DNA of 64,000 bases from Phoronis australis. Taxonomy: Eukaryota > Animalia > Phoronida. A program made the position numbers and the translations under genes. Shown here piece after piece: positions 40,741 through 54,146 of this stretch. The notes beneath the pieces were generated by a model. It worked only from the letters and a program-made list of their open reading frames with translations. It searched no databases and had not been told where the DNA came from. Within the stretch, counting starts at the first letter, position 1; every line of letters starts with the position of its first letter. The stretch covers positions 388,080-452,079 of the forward strand of contig NMRA01000280.1 of NCBI GenBank assembly GCA_002633005.1, in the 5' to 3' direction.

Positions 40741-41939
40741 ATTGAAATTGCTGCAGGTCTTTCCTTTAGAGTGCCCGGCTCAACTGCGCCGTTTTCTTGG
40801 CAAGTCACCTTGCCTGCCCAAATTTTTCTGAGCATTGAAGACATCGGCCTGCTCCTGCGCTAATCAAACTTTTACACGCTACAGAAATGTTACGCCTAAT
40901 TTTATACCATTTCTTAGCACAATTTGTGGCTCTCAAGCATATCCCTAGCCTGCTGTAAGTCTAACGTTATATATTTTGGTAAAAATCGCACACAGCTACA
41001 ATTAGCACTGTCGTAATCGCATTTCTTAATTCCGCCACAGTATGCATACTTGGAAGTTAGTTTTGCTAGGTGTTTTCTCAAATTAATCCACAACAGTTGT
41101 TCATCATTAAATGCCTCAAATCCTCGCGAAGGACATTTCCGTCAACACAAAACGCTCCCTTGGCTTTCTTCAAAATTCTTATATGCGCTTGCTTCGAAGG
41201 ACCCGCATAGTAGCCGTGGCTGGAATGTCGGCAACCACACGACTAAGTCTACAGCTAACTCCTGTTGAAATTCTCTATACTTCAAACTTCTTGTGTGCAG
41301 GTGCTGATAATTGCCTTCAATGGTTTTCACAATAAGAGAAAACAAATCCGAGTTATCACACACGCCCACTGGCCTGCTGCTGCCTTCCATTTTCACTGGC
41401 CACCCTGCTACAGCCGACTTGCACAATAGCCGAATTAGTCAACACATTGGTGGTCACGTGCCGGGTACAGGTCCATGAGACAAGTTGCAGAGACAAACTC
41501 AGTACAAATTCATAAACCCGTTTACACGCACAATTAAATGCGCAAAACTGCTACTGAATTTCTTAAACCTTTTACTTAATGCTCAAGCTATACAACGAGT
41601 CCGTGTTGAAGCACAACCTTGACCTTGGACCACCGATGGACTCCTCGCATCAGGGGCACAGTAAGCGGGCTGAGGGCACGTGTACCAGCAAAAAATTACA
41701 GGCCTCAGGGTCAAACCGTAGCAACCGACAAAGGCGTGGGGCTGGGGAAAGACAAAAAGAAAGACTGCGAATACTGATCAGAGAGAAAATTCAAGAGAAC
41801 ATTTGACAACTCAATATCAGTGTATGGTTTACCCTTTGAATGTCCTGGCCAGGACATTTGTTAGTGTCTTCGTCGAAGTGGAAACGACTAACCTACAATC
41901 ACCAAGCAAGCCGAAGAACATAATTTGAAATCAGCAGCA

Positions 41940-42135
41940 GTACAATACAATACAGTACAATTCAATACAATACATTGCAATACAAAACAATACAATGTAA
42001 TGCAATGCAATTCGATACCATACAATACAATACAATCCAGTACAGTGCAGTACTGTAGAGTACAGTAAAGTGCAATACAATACAAAAAATGCAATACTAT
42101 GATACAATACAATATACTGATACAATACAAGTAAA
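41940..42135. repeat. (TACAA)n pentanucleotide microsatellite, imperfect
   Basis: tacaatacaatacagtacaattcaatacaatac... visible directly. Confidence 0.9.
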
Positions 42136-42329
42136 CAATACTGAGAAGGAAATTATTATATACTATTCATACATTGTACAAAGTGGTGCCATTTATCAAC
42201 ACTCAACAGAATACAACATGTTGAACAAATTGTCAATGCGTAAGTGACTACATTTTGTATATCTACTTGTGTGTGCGTGTGGTCGAGTATGTGCGTATGC
42301 GTAAGTGACTACATTTTGTATATCTACTT

Positions 42330-42860
42330 GTGTGTGCGTGTGGTCGAGTATGTGCGTGCGTGTGAGTGCGCGTATAAATGAGTAATGTGTCTATGTAATA
42401 ACGCAGTCTGTATATGGTTATTCGTGATGGAGAAGGTGCTTAAATCATAGTAAAAACTTAATCCTGCCATATGTTGAAAGTCCAGTAGGTGCGTTTGTGT
42501 GTTTATCTTATCTAGAGCTGAAGAGGGTATTTCATTTTCATGGATGCTTCTGGTAATATGAAAAGCGTAACTCAGTGAGTTGCCTTGATTGTTTTGTAAA
42601 ATGGAGTCTTGAGTACATGCAGGATTGTATAATTGCGAGGCACAACAATACAATTTCGTAGAAGGACTGGTGAACGAAATTTTAATTGTTCTGTTGTTTT
42701 GGTTGTGGTAACGTATGAATTTAATTGTTTTAAAGTAATGTGGAAGTTGGTTGTGTGGAAACTTGTAATCAAGCATTAAGTGTGTATTCAAGGATATGTA
42801 TTTTAGAAATTGGATTTGTATGGACAAAGTAGTACGAATTGATTTTTTTTATTAAAGCTC
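42330..42860 (-). repeat. Dispersed repeat, probable LINE 3' end; related to 20206-20640
   Basis: Similarity to 20206-20640 with (GT)-rich tail; adjacent ~60 bp local tandem duplication at 42237-42355. Confidence 0.65.
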
Positions 42861-43881
42861 GTTTCTTGAATTAACGACTGCAGACTACATTGTTTTAAAT
42901 CATGTGCGGAAGCCCGCAAAGTTTTACTCCACTTTGGTAGAAGTATCCTAGATGGCTCTCAACAGTAATTCTTCATTCGATTAGCTTGCACAAAAATATT
43001 TGCCAAAGTTTTATATTTTTCAACGCCTAATGGAAATCTTGCTGGAAACAACGGAAAATTTACCAAATGTTTTTATATGATGTAGACACAATACAAAGTT
43101 GATATTCTACATTTTCTTAATATGTATATTTCGGAGAAATTTGATCAAATTGTCCCTCGTAATTAGGTGAAAATTTAACATATTTTGTAAAAAAGTCAGG
43201 TTCTGATGGTTTTGCAAATGTTTTTCAGTGTGACGAAAATTAGTGTTTTTCATAAGTACTGGGACGTTGTTTTTGGTATAAGTACACCTATCGGCATTTC
43301 TAATTGCCGAAGTATCGTTTACTTTTGCACGCAAAAGCATAAACATTAAACCTGAGTTCGAAATTTTAGATATTTTCGGAGTATTGAACCTTCGGAATAG
43401 TGAACCTTCGGAATAGTGAACCTGTAGAATAGTTGCCTGCACCTATTTCCAGCAATGTAAGTAACACGCACCAATACAACCAGATAAAAAATTTCGTCAA
43501 GTCATTCTCAGCCTAAAAAATTCCGTCCGAGTTTGTAATGAGGTGTAATCAATCATTTACGCACGCCTGATTTGAAAGTTTGGCGGAAGGTAACGCGAGA
43601 ACGTTCTGTTTCTGGACCACATTACATGTCCGAATCTGAGTCCCATTCTTTACGAGTAACCCTTCACGACATCCTCATTTCAGTCAAGCTCCGTCAAGGG
43701 CCTTAAGGAAATCTCTTCAGTGTCGACCTTTGCAAAATAGCAAAGGTCCACCGTTACAGAAATTCGAACCACCCCTTGCGCAATGTTGGCAACGGGCCTG
43801 CAATAGGCGCGTTCGCAGAGATTTTATTCTTGCACTTCATTATATTCAAAGTATCACATGAACTCCAAATACGTTACTACT

Positions 43882-46800
43882 TCAATAATCCAGCATATTC
43901 AATTCTGGACAATCGTCATAGCAATCGATTGGTTTATCCAAAAACTCCCAAGTAGGAGCTACATTTGGACCTGTTGATGAATCCACCAGTGGATCGATTG
44001 GTGTCGCAACCATTCTTGATCCTTTTACAAGTAGTGTTTCCATTAGACCGACGCAATGTTTCATCGCGTCGGGGTTTCCGTTAAATGAGGTATGCAAACA
44101 CTTAAGCATTTTTGTGTATACGACATTAAATGAGTTGGACAGTCGGCGAGCCACTGAATTGAATTGATATTTGTTGGTTTTTGGATTGTCCATAATTGGC
44201 CAGACGCCATCTTCATAAAATGGAATCTTACTTCCGTCATATGCGTACGTTACATTGCACGTCATTAGCTTTGCCTCTCCGCACACATACCTGTCTTGTT
44301 CGTGCACAAAAGGAACGTCACGAGCGGTGTAATATCTTTTGGTACGATGTAACGACTTCACACATTGTTCAGCGTTTTCAACGCGCAGATACTGGCCGTG
44401 TACAATTTGTGAGAACTTATAATAATGTGATAACAATCTCGCTTGAGATGTTTTTGAGGAGACCAATGGATTGCAAGCGTCAGAACCTTCACCTTCTTGA
44501 GAAATTTGCTCTATCGCACGCGTAGCATCAGATATGCCAGAAATTTTAAATGGTTTGTCAACAACCGTAGTGTACCAATGAGAAACTCCAATCTGTCGAA
44601 GAGGATCACCGTTGAATATCGTTCCACCCTTCTTCCTTGCTTTGTCCTCAAGTTCAACCAACGCCTTCAACCAAGAAAAAGGAGAGAACATGAATTCACC
44701 ACTGCACGTATCAAGTACAAGTATACAACTGCCAAACTTGGCAACAATTGCATGTTCACCTTCCCCTTTCATGCACAGAATTGTGAATTTTAGCAAAAAC
44801 TTGGTGTTGTAAGTTTTTGTCACCGGCATTCAATCACACTGCATGAGTACCTGTAATTTATTTGTTGGAGAAAAGGTAAAAATCATCGAGTGGCTCAAAA
44901 AGCATGAAAGCGTTCTATAGGTCCTTTGGACTCGTGCTTTGGAATCTACGCCAACATGTTTGTAGTGCAAAAGGCGCGGCCAGAACTCACTGTCCTAACT
45001 AACCCTCCGCCTCAGTGAGTAGCATTCGTGAACATTGTGTGACCGCTTGTATTCAATGAGAGCATCCGGGCATTCATTGAATAACGACCCGTTTGATCAT
45101 TCGGGTAGGATACGTACTGTGCCCGGCTGACAGTTTCCCCTGAAATTGTTTCTGGCCTGTATAAGGTTTTGAGATTGAACATTTATTTTTCATATTGCAA
45201 TCAAATGTCACGCTGCAATCAGTGTAGGAGCATGCTTTTGTTTTTTGCGGTTAGGATTCAAATGCCCAGCTAGTAAAAGCGTTTTACTTACGTTCTGTAT
45301 TTTTTTGTAAAATTCACCAATTGTCTTCGGATAGTGCTCCTTTTCACAGCGTGATCTCTCACTTACTCGTTTACACCGGCTTACAATGACATCTTCTGGT
45401 TGCTCTATTTCCATGAAAACGTTCTGAATGTAGTCCACAGTGAGTTTCTCCAAAGTGATCACCAAGTCTGGCCTCAGCCCCCCTGGAAGACCATATGATG
45501 GATATACCGGTGTCCATTTAGACTCATTAAGGACAGGCTGGCCTCCAATGGCGTTTAGAATGTTCGCCACTAAGGTCATATGACTCATCTCTTGAACAGC
45601 AATGACTTTCAGAATATCATACACCTCCTTGTTTCTACCCGGTTTAATGGACATTAGTCCAGTGAGATACGGTGGGATAGTCGAAAGCTCCACGAACAGT
45701 GCTTTCTGTAACATAACTTCAAGGTCAACTTTTGCCGGGTGTTCTGGTACACCAAGTTGTGGATTGTCCAACCAGTTGTTGATCGTTTGCAGGGTGTATC
45801 TGGATATATCACGGGACACTGGCATGTAGTTGCCATCAGAAACGGGTAGGTTCATAGACATGCGTATTTTGGGGATGTTTTCCACGACACTGTTGTACTC
45901 CGCCAAGTTGACTATAGGTCTCATAACTGGATACATTGCAGCGTATCGAGAAAATATAGGCTCGATGTCTTTGTGCCACGTCGGGTGTTGTATCACCTTT
46001 TCCTTGAAGAACAAATAAATTACAATGCAGGCATCTCCGCTGAGCACAAAACGTTGAGACTCGGGGCTCTTGTAGCGCACTAACAACCAGTAAATCTAGG
46101 AGAAAAACAGAAATCAGTTTGGTACAGGAATCACTCTAGAATAGCTCATTCTTTTAAATATAGACCCTCTCTGTTTTGATCAGTTTGCAACCCAAGCGCT
46201 TCATGAATAAACCCTACATTTCATAAAACATACCTTTTAGGGTGGATCTGGTTTTGTTACTTTCAAAAAATTAAGAACTGGCGTTTTTTCATTTCTGTTG
46301 TTTTTACCCTAGTATATGATGTAATATGAAATGGCATGGAATGAAAAGATCATCGTTCCCAGTATGAAATGGAGTAAACAGATCACGCGCAAATCTAGGT
46401 ATAACTGACACAAAAAGTAATGCGTTTCGGATGGTAATGCTTCGTTATCAAAAAGGCGGTCTTCTGAAGTATAACTGTTCTAAACATCTGGATTTCTTTA
46501 TTTTGAACTTGTGACTTTTATATAGCCCATGATGACATTGATGATGCTCTTGATGCATTGTACAAGTTATTTAACAGTATTTTAAACGAATATGCTCCAT
46601 GGAAAACTAGACGTGTGAAGAGATTACGTCAGCCTGAATGGTTCAGTGATAACATTTTTGAAGCTACAAAGCTCAGGGATAGTTTTCGTAAGTGCGGAAA
46701 TTATGAGGTCTAGAAATCAGAGCGAAATCATGTTGTAACAATGATTAAAAAGGCTAAGAGTGACTATTACTCTTCACTGATCAGTAGTAATCTCAAAAAT

Positions 46801-48751
46801 TCCAAAGTGTTATGGAAAGTCATCAGACAAGTTGCTCTTAAAGAAAAAAATCCTCATCACCTGCCATATTAAAGACTGATGAGAAGTGTGTTCATGATAA
46901 ATTTCAGATTGCCAATAATTTTAACAAATTTTTTACTGACATAGCTAGCAAACTTACTCGTGATCTTAAAGATGCACACGACACTCATAAAGATTTGATT
47001 GACTTTGTTAGTTCCAGAGTTGAAAATGACATAGGTTATGATATTCCTCTGGTAAATATGGAATTTGTAAATAAGTTCTTAAATGGTCTTATTCTAAATA
47101 AAGCCACTGGAATGGATGATGTCATCTCCAAAGTTTTGAAACTAGGTCATGAGGAGCTGACACCATCCATCACCTTTCTTTTAAACCATAGCATTAAAAC
47201 TTCCAAGTTTCCTAGTTTGTGGAAACTTGCAAAAGTACCCCTTTACACAAAGGCGGTGCTACTGACAATGTAAACAATTACAGACCAATTTCAATTTTAC
47301 CGGTCTTGTCTAAATTGTTGAAAAAGCATCTTCACAATACCTTTTATTCATTTTTGACTGAGCATGATTTAGTAGTTGCATCTCAGTCCGGTTTCAGAAG
47401 TGACTACTCATGTGAAACTGCCCTCATTAATATTGTTAACGGCTGGGCTCAGGGTGTATATAGTGGTCACAATGTTGTTGTAGTATTTTTAGATTTTAAA
47501 AAGGCTTTTGATCTCGTTGATCATAATATTTTCTAAGCAAATTGTTAATTTACAAGGTGGGCAAGGTCTCCCTAGACTGATTTAAATCATATCTCTGAGA
47601 GAGGTGCCAGGTTGTATCCCTTGGTGGACATCTGTCTGAGTCCCGAGGTATCACACACGGTGTTCCCCAGGGATCCGTCCTGGGACCTCTGCTGTTTTTA
47701 CTTTTTATAAATGATCTCTCTTCAGTCTGCGAAAACACGGTTGACATGTATGCAGATGATACTACTGTTGTGGCGAACTCGCTGATCGCTGTAAAGGACA
47801 GACTCCAGTCTGATCTGAATAAGGTTGCTACCTGGTGTACTGATAATAAAATGGTAATTAATGCTGAAAAAACAAAATGTACGAGTATTGCCTCAGAGCA
47901 ACGGCATAGTAGAAGTAATCGTGAGCTTAACCTTGCTATTTCCAATGTACGCCTCAAATATGTTGACTGAAAAGTTATTAGGTGTTACTGTAGACAAGAC
48001 CCTCAGCTGGTCTAGCCATATAAATGGGACTGTGTCCAAAATTAGGCAGCGCCTTGGTCTTCTCCGGCGTATATCACCATTTCTTCCCACAGAAGGGCGT
48101 CTGCAATATTTCAGCGCTTGTGTATTCCCTCTGTTCGTTTATTGTAGTACAGTGTGGTCAGGATGTAATGCAAAATTAGTTTCCTCATATGTTTAACAGA
48201 CTGGGGTGGCTCCCTATTGAGAAATATTTTATTTATAGGCGTCTGTGTATGATGCATAGGTGCTTTCACGGTAATGTACGGACTTATCTATCTCGTAATC
48301 TCGTACTTGTTCGAAATAGCCACCAGATCAGGACAAGATTTTCTGCCTCAAACACTTTGGTTTTGTCCAGACACAGAGCATCGTTTTATTCCAAGTCCTT
48401 CTTTATTCAGACCATCAAACAGTAGAACAATTTGCCTAATAGTCTTAAGGATTCTGACTGTTATGATAACGTCAGACACCACCTCGTGGTCGTCATAGAT
48501 GTCCCTTCTTTTTGTCTTTCCAATATATTTACCAAAATTTTTTTATTTATTTATTTATCTTTAATTCAATTTGTTTATCCAATTTGTAAATACTATTTTA
48601 TTTAATGTATCTTATTTTATCTTAATTTAATCTGTTTATCTAATTTAATTTTAATTAATTTAATTTCTTGCTGCAGAGGACCATGCTGGATATTAGCCTT
48701 TGGCTAAAGCATGTTTTACATTTATTGTATTTTTATCCTCTTTAAATAAAG

Positions 48752-48784
<33 letters not shown>

Positions 48785-51700
48785 GTTCATTTTCCTTAGC
48801 CAGTCGACATTCTGTTTAGTTCTATCTTCGTGTGTTTTGCTATGAAAGGATTCTTCGTGAAACAATTTCCAATTCCATACCTGAGCATTTGGCAGCTGGT
48901 TGGTTGTCCTATTTGAGTTTGGTTTCTTCCCAGGATCTCCAGCTCTGAACGCTATGCTCGCTTCCCCTCTTTCGTCAGTGACGCCATCAGTGAAGTGCAG
49001 CGCTCCTTTGGGTTCATTGATCACTCCATCACCATCGGCAAACTCAGTAGACATTGAGAAGGTTACGTTTTTATTTTTGTCCTCTTTCGAAGCAAAATTC
49101 AAACTGATGTGGACATCTTTTACTGGTTTCCCAAACTGATAAGCATAGAACGTGACATTCCATTCATCGTCCGGGTGTTTGTAAAACATGTATTTATGTT
49201 GTACTCCAACAACTATGCCGTCAGCCGATTCTTCAAGAAGTATGTCATCCATATTCCTAACAACGCCTAGAGGATTGGATTGAATTAGAGGAAGCATAGT
49301 TTCTTTCACCACAAAAGGTTGGATACCCGACGTCGCTCTGTACCACTTATCCTGCTTGTATTCAAGATGCCCAACACGGATTATTCCACTTTTTGTCAAA
49401 ACAGTTAAATACAGGTTACCATTGTCCATATAATCTGAAGCAAAGTGCCCCGTAATGTCACATTTTAGACTGTTTCCAAAATCAACTATTACTAGCTTTC
49501 GATCTTCGTCGACAATAAATGGCGCATCAAAGTATTTACTGTGTTGTATTCCCAATTTGTTTCTCATTACACGTGCAACCTTAAACATGTGACACGAATC
49601 CTCACCATGCGGTCCTATAATACCAGCTACTCGTCCGTGCTTGTAATTAACGTCCTTTTTGTTCTTGTTAAACAAATCTACATTAAACTTAATAGATAAC
49701 GTGGGCGCGGTAGACACTCCAGTGGTAACATTCATGAGCTCGTGAACGAAACGAGATTTGCGCAGTCTTTTCTTCCTTGATTCCTGCCACTTTAAGTTGG
49801 TGAGAGTTGACTTAAAAAATCCACCGAGTCTTAAATCAAAAATTTGATCTGGCACCTTAAGCCAACTGTGCTGGTAGGCAGCCACTGCAAACCGACCGGT
49901 GAGTACATCTCCCAGTGTTATGCTCCAGCCCCAAATTTGAGACATGCTCATAACTGAGGTATCCATGTCCACTAATTTAGGATTACTTAGATGTGTTCCT
50001 ACAACGACAATATTATTTCAGTTCGAGGAGACAAAAACCTTGTTTTATCATGACTAGACAACTCAATTGTTAACAAGAATGTGCCATACAACCCCGCAAT
50101 TATGGGCACGTGCCTAATTGCAGGACCACGCCTAATTGCGGGCCTTAGGCGCTTGCCCTAGATGTGGGGCACTTGAGTAGAGCTTGTGTGGGTTATGGTG
50201 TTCCGGATATAGGCGCACCTTCGATGTTTAAACAACACTACTAGTTTGCACGTGGATTATAGTGCAAATTCTTTCTAATGACATACTGAACCTGTATTGC
50301 TTGTTCTTCTGGCCAGGAAAAAAGTCTACGACAATTTCAGTCCCAGTAGCTCTTTTGGACCACATTGGTCTTCGATCTGTGACCCTCGTTTGCACCTCTC
50401 TTCCCATATCCAATCAATGAGTTAAATGTTGTATTTAACTCATTGATCCAACCATCTTTAAACTGTCCTTGTCAGGTTAAACAATCACGACTCGATTGCA
50501 GTTAAAACGTCATAGCAGTTAACTTTATTTTTTCGAAGAGGAGATGAACCAAGTGTTATTTTATACGTAAATCGCTATTGCAAATAAAGGTTGTAATGAA
50601 TTTTACAACTTATCTTTAGAATTTAACTGTTCCTGTAGTCACCCAGAGGGCCACTAACGCCACACGTTATGTGACATAAAATGCATTTAGTGTATTTTTT
50701 AAAATTATTCAAGGCGCGCATATAGCCGGAGCACTTCCTGCGCCTAACTGCGAGACATTTGAGTAAAAAATCTTGCGAAAAAAAGAAGTGGACCGCATAT
50801 AGGTGCATGGGCGTAATTGCGGGGCTATACGGTAATGCGCCAATCTTTGAAAGTCTTGGCCACTAAGTTTAACAAAACGTCGTGTTCAACACAACACGTC
50901 TTTGTCTATCTATCTATCTGTCTGTCCGTCCGTCCGTCCGTCGGTCCGTCCGTCCGACCGAACGTCCGTTTTTTTGTTTTTTTAATGTTTATTACGAAAT
51001 CTTCAGAATACAATGAATATACATAACCCAGAAAGCGCCAAGAGGCATTAGAACTGGGTAAAAAAATACAAATAAGTCTATATATAATGATTATATACAA
51101 ATACATAAATAAAAAAAACTGATGTTAAGAATACAATGATATATGACAACGAATGAAAATAACGTCCGTCTGTTTGTCTATATCTATATCTGTCTATATG
51201 TGTAAATATTTTTCATAGCGTATTTTCTTTAGAAATCGTAATTTTACTTTCGTAAATTAAAGTGATATACTTGTCTCGATCGCCTCAGTTGATACATATA
51301 CTTTGATAATTACCTACCGGCCACAGCTTGCCCAATGAGTGCATCAGATTTTGGATTCGAGGTGCACGTTGCGTCACTGTAACATACTCTGGTAACAACG
51401 ACATCCACAAAGTCCCAGTTGTTTCCACCCTGACAAAGATTTTGAAAGGACGTTAGTCCAACGAACCTCTCTCAAAGAATTAAATAGGGCAAGCTTGCTC
51501 GATTATATTTCTCAGAAGATTCGATGCTTTGACAATAATCATTAGTTTTCATATCAAGTCCCTCCAATTTTGGATTTTCGTGCGTTCAATACTTGTCAGT
51601 CCTTATAAATATGACAGGTTACAATGAAATCCTATGCCCGCGGTCTAACCTCTGCACTTTAAAAGGGTACTAAGCCATGGTTTGATTATTTCAACCAATC

Positions 51701-53833
51701 CTCGTTCTGTCACCTGCTGATGTAACCATGGCGTCAGTCTTGAAAGATAAAAGCAGAACAAAAACTGATACCACCTATTTCGCAAATTGCACATTACAGT
51801 CCTTGGTGGGTGGTATTTTCCCACAGTTGCAGTGTAATTCGCTAAAAGCATAGGTCAACCTTTAGTCTACTTTCACATTTAGCAGATTTTTTAGGGTTGT
51901 CGAGGGTTTCGGAGTATTAGTTGGTTTCAGAGAACTAGACGGGAAAGTCGTTTTTAGTATCTATTCATAGGTCAAAACCGAGTTTGTTATTCTTTTTAAA
52001 CCATACCAAATATAAAGCCCATTGCTGGCAGACAACAAAAGAACTTGGTCCCAGCTGATTTCCCCATAGTGCGACATTGTTCCTTGCGCCATTTGAGAAG
52101 ATAGATAGACTTGAGTATTGGTGATCTTACTGTTCGATTTTTTAAAGCCCATTGTCAGCGTTCCTACAAAATATCTTTCGTCTTTGTAATCACCTTCAAT
52201 GACTGAACTGCATAATAAGAAGTTTAAATTCCACTTTGAACTGTTCGCTCATTCAGTAGGCTCTATAGGTTCCACCTATGAAGCCCGTATGGAATTTTCA
52301 ACGACTATGCAAGGAGCGGTTTGTATTTGAAGAACGTCTGTGACAACATAGACTACATAACGACTTTGACTTACTTCGTAATGGCAAACCATGTCGACGA
52401 TGTCCCCTACGCTGTTGCACAGAGTATGCTGACTGAAGTTTCTCATGTCGTAATTTTTAGCGTGATTGTTGGCTGTGGTGAAGTCGGAATAAAATCTCCC
52501 GGCGAAGTGCAGTCTAGGAAAATCCAGATAGGAAGATACAGTGACGCCTGGGCGCAGAACACACGAATCTGGAACATAGGCATTATTGGAAGCATACATG
52601 TTTTGAAAACGCAAATTGTGCAATAGTAGTTAACATTTCCTCCTTGTACGCATTCAAGTCCATGTTAAGGTCCAGAAAACCAGTTTTCACAAAACCGATA
52701 AGTGCAAATTGCCAATACACTTCTATTCAACCCAGTCACGATAACAAATTGAAATATGGGATCTTAACCACGGATTGTCCGTTGTGGAGGAAAATGGTGG
52801 TTTAACACAAGAGCCAGAAAAGTATATTTGCGCCAGTAATTTACGAACCTAAATTACGTGCGACATTTTTACCCCTGGCCCACGGGGAAAGCTTAGTCCG
52901 CGACTCGAATTTAGAGGTGCTCCCATGGAATCATGACCCTGTGCCTGGGGATTGATGATTGTGTTTGGTCAAGAGAAAGTAATTCAAATTCAGTGAACAA
53001 ATGAATACTTCAATTCTTCCTTAAGCAAAACTACCGTGGCTCATAGTCTACAAATCCCAACCACATGTATACAGTACATGTTCATGTACTTGTATGATAT
53101 AACTTTTCATAATCATGACAATGCGATACCCCCTTTTTGTGGATAATACATGTTGAATCACCTTCGTCACTCTTGTCCTGGCAGTCAATAAGTCCATCAC
53201 AAATCTTACTAGAATCTACACAGGTGTGGTCTTTACAAAGAAATCCTGAACACTTTTGGCTGGGATGCATTGACGTTTCTGCAATACTAGGTTTTGCTGA
53301 AAAGAGATTTGTAAATCCTTTAAAATATAAAACGTTTCGGTCTGGGTGGAAAACATTATTACCCAAATGATAAACATTTCTACCTTGCTGGAGAGTAATT
53401 CGCACCCGGGTGGTAATGCATTTACACCCAGGCAGAAATGTTTTCAATCGAGCGGCAAACTATGACAATACAAAAGACTTGCAAAGTCACAAGATTTAAT
53501 GTGAGTCATCTTTTCACCACCGTATTAATTAAGTAAGAAATTGATTGCTCCTTTCCCACGTTCTCTCTCCCAAATGACACGATTGGCAAAACATCGCTCG
53601 TATTATAGCACCCCTCTCGAACACGCATGTTTCTTTCAAACAATCCTCGTATCAGACGTACAATTTTTGCTGTTGCCGGTTTTGAATAACTGCTGAATCT
53701 TTAGATGGAGGCCTTCTTCTCCCTGGCTAACCACGGCGAAGAGTATGAGGGTGGACACTTGTAAGAGGAACACAAGGCATAATAACACGTGAAGCCATGT
53801 GTGTGTCTCGTATTCCTTGTCTCTTCGTTCCAT
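43882..53833 (-). CDS. Signal anchor + LDLa + VioB/RebD-like ferritin-like fusion protein, paralog 2, 1105 aa; exons 53833-53662, 53296-53162, 52568-52375, 51429-51318, 49998-48881, 46095-45292, 44664-43882
   Basis: Exon lengths (172,135,194,112,1118,804,783) and splice sites match paralog 1; open frame throughout; the same motifs are conserved. Confidence 0.88.
46510..48785 (+). mobile_element. 5'-truncated CR1/L2-group LINE in intron 5 of paralog 2
   Basis: RT motifs NYRPISILPVLSK, QSGFR...SCETAL, LDFKKAFDLVDH, GVPQGSVLGPLLF, MYADDTT; stops and frameshifts; AATAAA plus (TTA)n tail at ~48745-48785; absent from paralog 1. Confidence 0.92.
50082..50833. mobile_element. MITE in intron 4 of paralog 2 (shared with paralog 1)
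   Basis: tgccatacaaccccgcaatta ... taattgcggggctatacggta inverted termini; colinear with 33324-34070. Confidence 0.65.
50970..51160 (-). mobile_element. Short retroposed 3'-end fragment with A-tail and 9-bp target-site duplication
   Basis: Flanked by aacgtccgt (50961 and 51161), single copy in paralog 1; ~75 bp is the reverse complement of 59525-59601. Confidence 0.75.
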
Positions 53834-54146
53834 GGCCTGCGTCGAAATGGAAAGATTTGATGAGTGAATATTATTTACTTATTGATTTCCTAATCAGATG
53901 CATCAATTTTATCAACAATTATGAATTACCCCAAGTCAATAGATGTATTTCAATCACAAAGAACAGATCCGAAAGTTCAAACAATCTAACTTCATTTGCT
54001 TATTGACTTAAGGTCGCATTAATGTCATTGCAATCGGTAGCAGTACGTGTTTGGACGTTTCTGACACGAGAGACCATCAGGCAGCATCCGGGTGGTCTAT
54101 CCACTTTATTCAAACTTCCTTGCCAATGCTATATCAAAAAGATCAA

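Noticed and set aside
41888-42130. Cys/Tyr-rich small proteins
   Set aside because: Translations of the (TACAA)n microsatellite.
29507-53833. Bacterial contamination or chimeric scaffold as the source of the VioB-like sequence
   Set aside because: The coding sequence is split by phase-consistent spliceosomal introns containing animal transposons, is fused to an LDLa module and has host-like base composition.
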